Origin: Okeania sp.
GTDB lineage: Bacteria; Cyanobacteriota; Cyanobacteriia; Cyanobacteriales; Microcoleaceae
DNA: 9,598 nucleotides
Direction of reading: 5' to 3'
Assembly: GCF_035285525.1 (NCBI RefSeq)
Contig: NZ_JAYKGW010000212.1
Coordinates: forward strand, 1-9,598
Shown: positions 1-6,061 of the stretch, piece by piece
Layout of the letters: each line of letters begins with the position of its first letter
Position numbering within the stretch: position 1 is the first letter of the stretch
The notes under the pieces: generated by a model
Seen by the model: only the letters and a program-made list of their open reading frames with translations
Databases searched by the model: none
Told to the model about the DNA's origin: nothing
Position numbers and translations under genes: made by a program

Positions 1-149
1 CATATTTCGGGTAATATCAAACAAGGAAAGCACCAGAAAATCCCCCAACCCTCCTTTGAAAGGGGAGTAGAAGAGGAAAAATTAAGTAGGTGTAGGTTGG
101 GTTGAGGCACGAAACCCAACAACTACAGCATATTTCGGGTAATATCAAA
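1..149. repeat. Perfect 21-bp direct repeat pair (1-21 and 129-149, CATATTTCGGGTAATATCAAA) bracketing a 107-bp insert built from small dispersed repeat modules
   Basis: Identical 21-mers read directly at 1-21 and 129-149. The sequences diverge immediately after (caagg... vs tccag...). The left copy touches the window edge, so the repeat may extend further left. Confidence 0.85.
92..120 (+). repeat. Family-A small dispersed repeat, hairpin GTAGGTTGGGTT-GAGGCACG-AAACCCAAC
   Basis: GTTGGGTT / AACCCAAC inverted arms. The same unit recurs at 3535-3563 (reverse orientation) and twice at 5041-5123. It resembles the very small mobile repeats (SDR) described for Nostoc/Anabaena genomes. Confidence 0.85.
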
Positions 150-171
150 TCCAGATAATTACTGTACCCAA

Positions 172-248
172 GTCATTGCGACGGTCTCTCCGTGGAAGGA
201 AGCAATCTCAGGGGGTTTCGGGAGATTGCTTCCTATCGTCGCAATGAC
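172..248. repeat. Long two-segment hairpin repeat (family E): GTCATTGCGACG...GGAAGCAATCTC / GAGATTGCTTCC...CGTCGCAATGAC
   Basis: Outer 12-bp arms 172-183 / 237-248 and inner 12-bp arms 198-209 / 222-233 are perfectly complementary, separated by an internal bulge, with a 12-nt loop. It lies just 3' of the stop of the 326-1486 gene. The CGCAATGAC / GAGATTGCTTC type sequence is, from memory, a common dispersed repeat in Nostocales. Confidence 0.75.
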
Positions 249-325
249 AACTATTAAACTGGATTCTACATAATACCAAAATTAATTGGCGATAGTGTTA
301 CGCACCGCTACACGATCGCTCCTTT

Positions 326-1486
326 TCAGTTTATCCTTTTCCACCATCCGCGTATCCGCGACGAAATCCCTGTCTGACTCTGTTTTTGTTGCCGACAAAG
401 TTCGAGATTTTTTCGTACAGTCTGAGTATGAGGATGTTCCTGACCTAATGTTTGTTCAAACATATCTAATGCTTGCAAAAACAAAGGTTCTGCTGCTTCG
501 TATTTTCCTTGAGAACGATATAATTCTGCTAAGTTATTGAGGTGATTGGCAAGAGAGGGATGATTTTCGGGTAAAGCAACTTTGTCGATTTCAATAGCTT
601 GCAAATACAAAGGTTCTGCTGCTTCGTATTTTCCTTGAGATTCATATAATCCTGCTAAGTTATTGAGATTGCTTGCCAAACCTTCCTCCAAACCCAACTC
701 TTGCTGCCAAGCTATTGCCTTCTGAAAATATCCCATCGCTTTCTGCACCTCCTCCTGATAATCTTCATATTCCCCACGTTCCAACCGTCGAGCAAAAATC
801 TTTCCCAAACTCCCATAAAAAGTCACCAAACTAACATCCTTCTCTCCCTTTTCCCGTTCAATATCAGAAATCAACTCCTGCAAATCTGTCACAGGCAAAA
901 AATAAGGGTCATCATCATCCACCTCATCCCACCTCTCACCCAAAACCGGAGCCAAAAAATCCACATCCTGCTTTGGAAGAGCCTTTTTCTGAAAAGAAAC
1001 AAACCGAAATACACCCTTGCGCCACGCCCAAAAATCCGGCGCTCTTTTACTCAGACTGCATTCCATTTGCAACGTCATCCACAAGACAATAGAAAAAGGA
1101 AATTGTCGCAAAGCCTCCCGCGTCCACTGTAAATAACCGAAAAACTTATCCTGTTCCGATCTTTCCCCATCCAAAGTCAAAAAACGCAACCCCTCCACAC
1201 CCGTCACAGTAATTACAGCTTGATTTCCTGCCTGCAAATATTCATCAGTTTCCACCACCGAAGCGATCGCCGCCCTCAGACTAGGTTCACCTTTTGGTAT
1301 CTGCACTCGATAGCAAGGAATATTAGGGGATAATTCTGTTTCATACTTGCGAATTATTTTTTCTCTATATTGACTATCATCACAAACAGCAATCAGAATA
1401 TTTAAAGTTCGGTAACTCGCCTCAATAGAAACAATTAAATCATCATAATTGTTCTGATTCTCTAGATTTTCTAGCAACTTTTTCAT
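326..1486 (-). CDS. TPR-repeat protein with an uncharacterised, Walker-A-less N-terminal domain (386 aa)
   Basis: Full-length ORF with ATG at 1486. The C-terminal ~150 aa hold three 42-residue kinesin-light-chain-type TPR units (LASNLNNLAGLYESQGKYEAAEPLYLQAIEI; LANHLNNLAELYRSQGKYEAAEPLFLQALDM). The N-terminal ~230 aa lack a GxxxxGK[ST] motif but carry conserved-looking strings: LNILIAVCDD, AVITVTGVEGL, FFGYLQWTREALRQFPFSIVLWMT, APDFWAWRKGVFRF. An acidic linker WDEVDDDDPYF follows. Confidence 0.9.
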   Translation of the reverse strand: MKKLLENLENQNNYDDLIVSIEASYRTLNILIAVCDDSQYREKIIRKYETELSPNIPCYRVQIPKGEPSLRAAIASVVETDEYLQAGNQAVITVTGVEGLRFLTLDGERSEQDKFFGYLQWTREALRQFPFSIVLWMTLQMECSLSKRAPDFWAWRKGVFRFVSFQKKALPKQDVDFLAPVLGERWDEVDDDDPYFLPVTDLQELISDIEREKGEKDVSLVTFYGSLGKIFARRLERGEYEDYQEEVQKAMGYFQKAIAWQQELGLEEGLASNLNNLAGLYESQGKYEAAEPLYLQAIEIDKVALPENHPSLANHLNNLAELYRSQGKYEAAEPLFLQALDMFEQTLGQEHPHTQTVRKNLELCRQQKQSQTGISSRIRGWWKRIN

Positions 1487-1514
1487 ATCAGCTATTATAT
1501 TTTAATAAATTTAA

Positions 1515-1637
1515 TTATTGAGCAAGCTTGTCAAAGGGAAGTTTGGGGGAATTAAACCGTTCCATATCTTTAACAAAGGAAATAATTAAGTCATCATAAT
1601 TATTCTGATTTTCCAGATTTTCTAGCAACTTTTTCAT
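1515..1637 (-). pseudogene. 40-codon ORF / 5' gene fragment duplicating the start region of the downstream TPR gene
   Basis: MKKLLENLENQNNYDDLIIS... is near-identical to the first 20 residues of the 326-1486 product (MKKLLENLENQNNYDDLIVS...). The DNA repeat (~1578-1647 vs ~1427-1496, offset 151 bp, roughly 90 percent identical by eye) includes ~10 nt upstream of the ATG, then diverges. This could be a remnant of recombination or a real small ORF. Confidence 0.4.
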
Positions 1638-1678
1638 ATCAGTTATAGCAATCTTAAATAGTTTGTAATATAGATATA

Positions 1679-1762
1679 ACTTACACAGATGAACCGAGAA
1701 ACCCGGTTTGTACAAGAAACCGGGTTTCTGCAAGAAGAGACCGGGTTTCTTTGCCTAAGTCT
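1679..1762. mobile_element. Family-B MITE-like element (ends ACTTACACAGATGAACC... / ...TTGCCTAAGTCT) with internal perfect 13-bp hairpin
   Basis: The left end matches the family-B terminus seen at 3188-3289 and 6062-6161. There is a perfect inverted repeat AGAAACCCGGTTT (1697-1709) / AAACCGGGTTTCT (1717-1729) with a 7-nt loop, and a third half-site AGACCGGGTTTCT at 1738-1750. Confidence 0.6.
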
Positions 1763-1793
1763 TAGCTCCATATTTTTAATAAGTTGGTATTAA

Positions 1794-1832
1794 TTATCCA
1801 TTATCCATTATCCATTATCCATTATCCATTAT
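1794..1832. repeat. Heptamer tandem repeat (TTATCCA)x5 plus a partial copy, STRR-like
   Basis: Five perfect TTATCCA units at 1794-1828. The next, diverged unit supplies the stop codon (TAA, 1829-1831 on the minus strand) of the NTPase gene. Heptamer tandem repeats (STRR) are characteristic of heterocystous cyanobacteria. Confidence 0.9.
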
Positions 1833-3112
1833 AACTTCCCCTTCCTTTGCAAAATTTCTGTAACAATAGGGTGAACATCATACCAAAGTTTTGCATTGCG
1901 ATACTCTAGCACATATAACCCATGCAATAGATCTAAAAATCTTTGTTCTTTCGGGTCATTTGGAGTAAAGAATTGATAAGTTTGCTGTAAAAGTTCATAG
2001 TCCGCATTTCCAATTCTCGTATCAAAATCAATACTAATATTAGTAATAGCTTCCTGTAGCACTTCAGCATTAATTTTTATGTCTAAATCATCTGGTTTGC
2101 GCCGAATTAACCGCAGACAAATTCGACAACATTGATTAGTTATTCTGACTAATTCTCGTAATACTCCACCACTATAAATAATAATTTTCTTAACAACTTC
2201 TGGCTCAATTAAATCTCTGGAAATGCGTTTATACATCACATCAGTTAACATAGCGATCGCTTCTGATATTGGCTCAGAATTATTTATGTAACGTTCTCCC
2301 TGTTTAAACAATTTAGAAACTGGCATTATCACAATTTGATTATTAGTTTCTGTTGTTAAAGTTCCTGCCATCCGTACTTCCCGTAAAGCAGAAATCGGAA
2401 CAGTAAAAATAACTCTAATATTGGGTTGAAATAATGATTTGACATTTTCTTCAAAAACCTGTCTTACTACACCCAAATCAATTTTATCTAAATCATCAAT
2501 AATCACTAAAATTTCTTTCTGAGAAGCACCCTGAACCACAGCAGCAATTTCATTAATTCTAGCAATTAAATCAGATATTTTTCGGTTAAATTCTTGTTTA
2601 ATTTCATCTCTAATAGTAGCATCAGCTTTTAACTTCCCACTAATTATTTTAAATAAGTCAAAACCAACCCCAACTCCAGCTTGAGATTCTTCAATTTCTG
2701 TTCTAGTGTGCTTGGCAAACCACTTATAAAATTGCTCTTTTATAGAAGGTTTAATTTTTATCTTTTGTTTTTCAGCTTCCTCCATTAAACGAACAGCGAT
2801 CGCGAACAAAATATTAATGTGATTAACATCGGACATTTCTATCGAATCAGAGATAGAGAAAAACACCACAAAATATTTATCTGCCATCCGCCGACCAAAC
2901 TGTGCTAAAAGAGTAGATTTACCACATCCCCGATGACCAGCAAAAATTATTTTACTATCTCCAGAAGGACTATCCTCCACCAGTTGTTCCAACTCTTCAA
3001 TAGTTTCAGTTCCATATTCAACCCAGAACTTTTTCAGTGCCGTTTCTGTCAGTAATGGTAGAAGTTCCATATTTCTATAAGCTTCCCGAAATGGTTCTAA
3101 TAATTGACTCAT
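1829..3112 (-). CDS. AAA+/STAND-like P-loop NTPase (427 aa), ORC/Cdc6- or archaeal-ATPase-like
   Basis: Walker A GHRGCGKST is encoded at 2912-2938 and Walker B EILVIIDDLD at 2486-2515. A ~140-aa helical insert lies between them. There is a sensor-1-like VIFTVP and a sensor-2-like SGGVLRELVR, then a helical, possibly winged-helix C-terminus. Only ~55 aa precede the P-loop and there is no repeat/sensor domain. Confidence 0.92.
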   Translation of the reverse strand: MSQLLEPFREAYRNMELLPLLTETALKKFWVEYGTETIEELEQLVEDSPSGDSKIIFAGHRGCGKSTLLAQFGRRMADKYFVVFFSISDSIEMSDVNHINILFAIAVRLMEEAEKQKIKIKPSIKEQFYKWFAKHTRTEIEESQAGVGVGFDLFKIISGKLKADATIRDEIKQEFNRKISDLIARINEIAAVVQGASQKEILVIIDDLDKIDLGVVRQVFEENVKSLFQPNIRVIFTVPISALREVRMAGTLTTETNNQIVIMPVSKLFKQGERYINNSEPISEAIAMLTDVMYKRISRDLIEPEVVKKIIIYSGGVLRELVRITNQCCRICLRLIRRKPDDLDIKINAEVLQEAITNISIDFDTRIGNADYELLQQTYQFFTPNDPKEQRFLDLLHGLYVLEYRNAKLWYDVHPIVTEILQRKGKL

Positions 3113-3187
3113 ATTCTTCTAAATTGTTTGGTTTTATAATAGTAGTATAGAATTAATTGGTACAAGTAAATAAGAATTAATTTTACT

Positions 3188-3289
3188 AGGACTTACACGG
3201 GAGGAACCCGGTTTCTATAATAAATCGTTGTTTTGAGCAGTAATAATCTACCCTCATACCCAGTTTCTGGGTTCATCTGCGTAAGTCCT
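3188..3289. mobile_element. Family-B MITE-like element, ~102 bp, imperfect ~30-bp terminal inverted repeats
   Basis: The left end AGGACTTACACGGGAGGAACCCGGTTTCT is opposed to the right end CCCAGTTTCTGGGTTCATCTGCGTAAGTCCT (reverse complement AGGACTTACGCAGATGAACCCAGAAACTGGG). It has no coding capacity. Confidence 0.65.
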
Positions 3290-3476
3290 GTTTACTATAA
3301 AGGTAGCTAATATCAAATCTGGTAATATCGGTATAAAAAAGCCAGAAAATATGTCTACCATACAGTAGATACCATCAAACTCAAATAAATCATCTATCTC
3401 AAGATAGATATTTCATACCTGTCTTGATGTAACCATTCAGCTATTACTCCCTTCCCGGTGGAAGATTTCCTATAAG

Positions 3477-3563
3477 GTAGGTTGGGTTTTAGCTTGCTTC
3501 CGCGCAGCAGTACGAAGTCAAACCCAACACAGACGTTGGGTTTCGTACCTCAACCCAACCTAC
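3477..3563. repeat. Two abutting family-A repeats in opposite orientation forming a large composite inverted repeat
   Basis: 3477-3528 is GTAGGTTGGGTT + long-loop variant + AAACCCAAC. 3535-3563 is GTTGGGTTTCGTACCTCAACCCAACCTAC, the reverse complement of the 92-120 unit. The outer 12-mers GTAGGTTGGGTT / AACCCAACCTAC are complementary. Confidence 0.8.
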
Positions 3564-3599
3564 AATCTCAGGAATGAAGTAACTATAGCAATCCTATTT

Positions 3600-5021
3600 T
3601 CAACCTCTTTTCAGCAAGTGTTCTTGATTGAATAAAATCCAGTTTTTTAATCCTAATGCAAACTCAGAATTATTATCTAAATTTAAAGCGCGATCGCATA
3701 CAATTAATGCTTTTTTCCATCTTCCAATTTTAGCTAAAGACCAAGCAAAGTTTGCCTGTATCCAAGATTCTTGTGGAGATAATTTTACGGCTTTTTCTAA
3801 TTGTTGAAGTGCTTCTTGCCATTTTTGTTGCCGACAATTAATTAAACCTAAAACTCCATAACTTCTCCCATCGTTAGGATTAATTTTAATTGCTTGATTA
3901 GCTGCAATAATAGCTTGGTTATCTTCGATATAAACTAATATCATTGCTAACTCTACTGCTGCTATACCATGATCAGTTTCTTCGAGCAAACAATGTTGAT
4001 AAGCCGAAACTGCTCCCGTTAAATTTCCTTGTTTTAAAATTTGTCTAGCTTGCTTTAAATTTTCAGAAATAAACTTACCTTTCAGTGCCTCAATTAATTC
4101 ATCAGCAGTTTGAAAACGTTCCTCTATTTCTATTTTCATTCCTTTTAAAATAATTTCTTCTGTTTGAACAGAAATTGATGGTTCTATTTGCCGGGGAGAA
4201 ATTAAACTTTCTGAACCTAATCTACCAGGAGCTGCTATTGGCATTTCACCTGTTAAAGCATGATAAATTGAAGCACAAATAGCATACAAATCTGTACTAG
4301 GATTAGATTTAGTTAAATTCGTATATTGTTCAATAGGTGAATATCCAGGTGTTAACATAGCAGTCATTTTATTCGTGATATCTGCTAAAAATTTCCTAGC
4401 AGAACCAAAATCAATTAAGATAGCTTGGTCTTGAGAATTAATAATAATATTATCTGGTTTAATATCCCGATGTAAAAAGTTATTAGCATGAACTAACTTT
4501 AAAGCTTCTGTAATTGCAATAAAATATTTTTTGACAATATTTTCGGGAAGTTTACCTCTTTCTTGCAAAATTTTAGATAGAGGCTTACCTAAAACAAATT
4601 CCATAACTAAATAAGCAGTATTATTAGCTTCAAACCAGTTAATTACTCTGACAATATTAGGATGAACACATTTGTTCAAAGATTTTGCCTCTGTCTTAAA
4701 TTTTTGGATTTGTTCTTGTTGAATTTTAGGAGAAATAGAAGGAGGCCAAATAATATTAACTCCATGCCTAAGAAACTTATCAGGGCAAAGTTCCTTAATC
4801 GCTACATCAGTAAAATTTTCTAAATCAATTGCTTTATAAGTAATGCCAAAACCACCCTCACCTAAAACTTTTTCTATTCTGTATTTACCTTGCTGAAGTA
4901 AAGTACCATTAGGCAGTTGATATCCTACTGAATCTAAAGTTTTTAAAGCAAAACCACAAGCAGTACAAGTAATAGCTATATCAAGATTTTCTGTGGCACA
5001 AATTGGGCAATTTATTAACAT
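3600..5021 (-). CDS. Hanks-type Ser/Thr protein kinase with N-terminal zinc ribbon and C-terminal TPR repeats (473 aa)
   Basis: N-terminal CPIC-x10-CTAC. Kinase motifs are the glycine loop GEGGFG, VAIK, catalytic loop HRDIKPDN, DFG and PGYSPIEQ (APE equivalent). The C-terminal ~150 aa have TPR-like helices (e.g. GVLGLINCRQQKWQEALQQLEKAVKLSP). I set the start at ATG 5021 (MLINCPIC...) because the 30 upstream codons of the ORF track merely translate tandem family-A repeats. Confidence 0.92.
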   Translation of the reverse strand: MLINCPICATENLDIAITCTACGFALKTLDSVGYQLPNGTLLQQGKYRIEKVLGEGGFGITYKAIDLENFTDVAIKELCPDKFLRHGVNIIWPPSISPKIQQEQIQKFKTEAKSLNKCVHPNIVRVINWFEANNTAYLVMEFVLGKPLSKILQERGKLPENIVKKYFIAITEALKLVHANNFLHRDIKPDNIIINSQDQAILIDFGSARKFLADITNKMTAMLTPGYSPIEQYTNLTKSNPSTDLYAICASIYHALTGEMPIAAPGRLGSESLISPRQIEPSISVQTEEIILKGMKIEIEERFQTADELIEALKGKFISENLKQARQILKQGNLTGAVSAYQHCLLEETDHGIAAVELAMILVYIEDNQAIIAANQAIKINPNDGRSYGVLGLINCRQQKWQEALQQLEKAVKLSPQESWIQANFAWSLAKIGRWKKALIVCDRALNLDNNSEFALGLKNWILFNQEHLLKRG

Positions 5022-5033
5022 TTTCTTTGAACC

Positions 5034-5189
5034 ATAATAGAAGTAGGTTGGGTTGAGGCACAAAACCCAACCACAATAATAGAAGTAGAAGTAGGTTGGG
5101 TTGAGGCACAAAACCCAACCACAATAATAGAAGTAGGTTAGGTTTGACTGTTGTACCGCTACAGGTCAGCAAGCAACAACCCAAGCTAC
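5034..5189. repeat. Tandem array of family-A repeats (42-bp unit, 48-bp unit, diverged long-loop third unit) immediately upstream of the kinase start
   Basis: Units at 5034-5075 and 5076-5123 share ATAATAGAAGTAGGTTGGGTTGAGGCACAAAACCCAACCACA; the second has an extra AGAAGT. The third unit, 5124-5189, begins identically and then carries a longer loop (GTAGGTTAGGTTTGACTG...CAACAACCCAAGCTAC). Confidence 0.9.
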
Positions 5190-5223
5190 ATTTTTAGATA
5201 AAACAATTGGATTATAGCTAAAG

Positions 5224-5877
5224 TCAAGTAATTAAAAATAATAACCTAATTTTACCTATAGAAATTTCATCTCCTGAATTTAATATTGTTGGTTTATTCA
5301 TACGATATCCAAACCGAGTTTTACCTATAGGTTTAATATAAATACCATAAGTTGAACCCATATCTTTTATGTGCCATTGATTATTTTCAAAATAGATTTC
5401 TGCATGAGTTGAGGAAACAGTCTCATTTCCATAAAACCCATCTAAATCAATTTCTACTGGTCCGATATTTGGGTCAAATTTACCAATAATAGCATTGTGA
5501 CTATCAATAATAAATTCTCTTATCGGCGCACCTACTTCTTTAGAAATTAGTTTAGCAACAATGCTTTTACTAAGAGGAGTACGGGTAGAACTTATAGGCG
5601 ATATATGGTTTTTTTGAGCATCTTCTATGATTTGATTTTGGCTGGCAAAAATATTGGTATTTACTGGTGTTTTTAGGGGATAGTTATTAATATTTTGATT
5701 GAAGTTTAATTGTTGTTCATCTGATTGAATAAATGTTTTTCCTCCTGGATTTTTCATCCATTGTTCTTGGGCTGTAAATGAATTGATTGATGTTTGAATT
5801 TCTGAACCACAAACTTCACAAAATTCGTTTGTGTCCGTATTTCTATTGTAAAAACATAAATTACAAGTAATAGCCAT
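5224..5877 (-). CDS. Zinc-ribbon + FHA domain protein (217 aa from ATG 5877; a TTG at 5889 would add 4 codons)
   Basis: N-terminal CNLC-x11-CEVC, then a Q/N-rich low-complexity linker, then a C-terminal FHA fold signature: IIGKFD...VEIDLD...VSSTHAEIYFENNQWHIKDMGSTYGIYI...LNSGDEISIGKIRLLF. The zinc ribbon / linker / FHA layout is reminiscent of Anabaena FraH, but I do not claim orthology. Confidence 0.9.
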   Translation of the reverse strand: MAITCNLCFYNRNTDTNEFCEVCGSEIQTSINSFTAQEQWMKNPGGKTFIQSDEQQLNFNQNINNYPLKTPVNTNIFASQNQIIEDAQKNHISPISSTRTPLSKSIVAKLISKEVGAPIREFIIDSHNAIIGKFDPNIGPVEIDLDGFYGNETVSSTHAEIYFENNQWHIKDMGSTYGIYIKPIGKTRFGYRMNKPTILNSGDEISIGKIRLLFLIT

Positions 5878-5973
5878 AATTATTGTCAAAAAAAATTATT
5901 TATTTAGGGGAAATATATTATTTTGTGTAAGTCCTGATATAACAATATGAAATAATTTGTCAGAAAAAACTTT

Positions 5974-6026
5974 AGGGGTTTGGTTTCCAAATCCCTTTGC
6001 GTTTGGGGAAAGGAGACCAAACCCCT
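5974..6026. repeat. Family-C hairpin repeat AGGGGTTTGGTTTCC...GGAGACCAAACCCCT
   Basis: Inverted arms at both ends of a 53-bp unit. A second copy of the family lies at 7298-7349. A solo family-B terminus (TGTGTAAGTCCT) sits nearby at 5924-5935. Confidence 0.75.
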
Positions 6027-6061
6027 ACAATCAAATCTTACAACCTATTATTGCTATATTC

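Noticed and set aside
172-248. Intrinsic terminator for the TPR gene
   Set aside because: The stem is very long and bipartite, and on the minus strand it is followed by only TT rather than a U-tract. The sequence looks like a dispersed repeat family. A terminator function cannot be excluded, but the sequence alone does not support it.
286-540. 84-aa plus-strand ORF
   Set aside because: It is antisense to the well-supported TPR gene and has a low-complexity product with no motifs. It is a typical shadow ORF.
701-1132. 143-aa plus-strand ORF
   Set aside because: It is antisense to the 326-1486 CDS, has a proline/basic-rich low-complexity translation, and has no independent start signals.
1638-1733. 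Upstream 32 codons of the 72-aa ORF (MQKPGFLYKPGFSV...)
   Set aside because: These codons read through the family-B element and its 13-bp hairpin, so the peptide repeats KPGF. Only the part from the internal ATG at 1637 has any support, through similarity to the next gene.
5022-5111. 30-codon N-terminal extension of the kinase ORF (MCLNPTYFYFYYCGWVLCLNPTYFYY...)
   Set aside because: The extension is simply the translation of two tandem family-A repeat units, so the peptide repeats CLNPTYFY. The zinc-ribbon start MLINCPIC at ATG 5021 mirrors the start of the FHA protein.
4981-5184. 67-aa minus-strand ORF overlapping the kinase start region
   Set aside because: It is a second reading frame through the same tandem repeats, giving a low-complexity L-rich, self-repeating peptide (GFVPQPNLLLLL twice). 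It is an artefact of the repeat.
5034-5189. Possible CRISPR array (also considered for 9461-9598)
   Set aside because: There are only two to three units, they directly abut with no unique spacers, they belong to dispersed repeat families seen elsewhere in the window, and there are no cas genes.
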